64,000 bases of DNA from Lama guanicoe. Taxonomy: Eukaryota. Under the pieces are notes generated by a model. The model had not been told where the DNA came from and searched no databases. It worked only from the letters and a program-made list of their open reading frames with translations. The position numbers and the translations under genes were made by a program. The DNA is taken from the NCBI GenBank assembly GCA_013239625.1, contig MU053652.1, forward strand, positions 2,296,001-2,360,000. Direction: 5' to 3'. Below, one piece after another: positions 62,760-64,000 of this stretch; positions within the stretch are counted from its first letter, which is position 1, and each line of letters begins with the position of its first letter.

Positions 62760-63330
62760 TGTCTTTGCTGAGCGGCTATGCTCCAGGCTCTGGGCTGGGC
62801 ACGAGAGCATAACGGTGACTAAGACAGCCCTGTCCTCCCGGCACTTACATTCTAGGGAGGGGAGCCAGATGACAGGTACATAAACAGATATTTATCAGAG
62901 AAAATTAACAACAGTGATAAGAGCTGTTAAGGAAACAGCCATGAATAAGAAGGAAAATCTCTGGGGCTAGGAGAAAAGAACACATGGCTTGAGCTAGACG
63001 TGTCAGGGGAGGACTCCCAGAGGAGGGGACATCTTTGCAGGTCCTACAGCTTGACCTGGGAGATGGTATTTCAGCTGGAGGACACAGTTCACACAAAGAT
63101 CTTGGGTCAGGAACACACTGCAAAGCTGAGAAAGGGATGGCCAGAGTGGCTGGCACGGAGGGAAAGATGACAAGGGAGTCAGAGACGAGGGTGGAGAAGG
63201 CAGGGCCGGGTCACCAGGGCCCATGTAGAGCTTGCTGCACAGTTCGGGTTTCCTAAGAGCCATAAGAAGCCATTGGAGGGTTCCAAGCAGTGGGTGAGGT
63301 GGTTTGATTTCTGCCCTAGAAATAACTTTA
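62760..63330 (-). mobile_element. L2 LINE 3' portion, antisense
   Basis: cttacattctagggagg...gtcaggggaggactcccagaggagg...ggccagagtggctgg...gaagccattggagggttccaagcag. Confidence 0.8.
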
Positions 63331-64000
63331 GAAACAATGGGTGTTTTCTAGGTGAAGTTAACTTTTCCTTAGGGTGCATCAAACCTCTGCTTCATTGATC
63401 CATGGAGCTCAGGGCTCAGACCAGGACACAGGCATCGATTTCCCTAAGTTACCAGGTGTTCTTTCACTGAAATGTAGAGAGTTTTTAGCAGCATCAGCTT
63501 GAGCTTCCTAAGAAGCTCAGGAGAGTCAGGAGCTGTTTACACAAGAGCCACCTGAAGTGCACAGATGAAGGTTCTGAAGTCCCTAATCATGGGCAGAACC
63601 ACAGAGAGAACCCAGGCGTTCCACTTCCTCGTAGGTCAGCCCAGGGTCCCCAGTGCCAGCCTCGTCCGTGGACAGGAGCCAGGACTCCCAGGATCTGAAG
63701 ACTCGTGATTATCACACCTGCTGTCATCCGAGGCCCATCTAGGACTTTCTGAACTCCTTCTCAGCTCCGAGCCCTGCAATAACACCTCTCCCCACCTGCC
63801 CACAAGGTCAGAACTCCATGCGAAGAAGGGGTGCTTCCAGTCAGGGGCCGCGTTCAAGCTCCTCATGTACCCAGACTTGGCTGACCCTCTGCTCTTCTCT
63901 GGGCTTTCTTGACCCCAGTCTGGGCTCTCCTCTCTCCGACCCCTGGCCCTCCCACCATCCCCATTCTCTGGTTCCTACAATGGCTGCCTTAAAGTTGGGG

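Noticed and set aside
1..64000. CRISPR arrays, operons, defence systems or other prokaryotic/viral systems; host-gene identity
   Set aside because: The sequence is clearly mammalian repeat-rich DNA with no regularly spaced repeats or gene-dense regions. No exon is recognisable, so no gene name can be supported.

Overview
Non-coding mammalian genomic DNA, most likely from a camelid (alpaca, llama or camel). The lineage call rests on seven tRNA-Ala(AGC)-derived vic-1-like SINEs and cetartiodactyl-type L1 3' ends. I found no protein-coding exon, true RNA gene or prokaryote-type system, and no previously undescribed biological system that I can support. The listed ORFs are chance ORFs or L1 remnants. 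GC-rich unique sequence is interspersed with L1, L2, CR1/L3, MIR, MaLR/ERVL LTRs and hAT-type MITEs, plus an AT-rich L1 block at ~17.4-24.4 kb. Most notable structures: (1) three independent TSD-flanked L1 insertions inside one MLT1 LTR; (2) a triplicated target site hit twice; (3) a candidate L1 3' transduction; (4) an old twin-priming L1 inversion; (5) a four-layer MIR>L1MB>L1>SINE nest; (6) a strong + strand bias of young retroelements; (7) candidate cis-regulatory elements (overlapping CRE/AP-1 cassette, two divergent CTCF motifs). Repeat family names come from remembered consensus sequences, so subfamily labels and element ends without TSDs are approximate.
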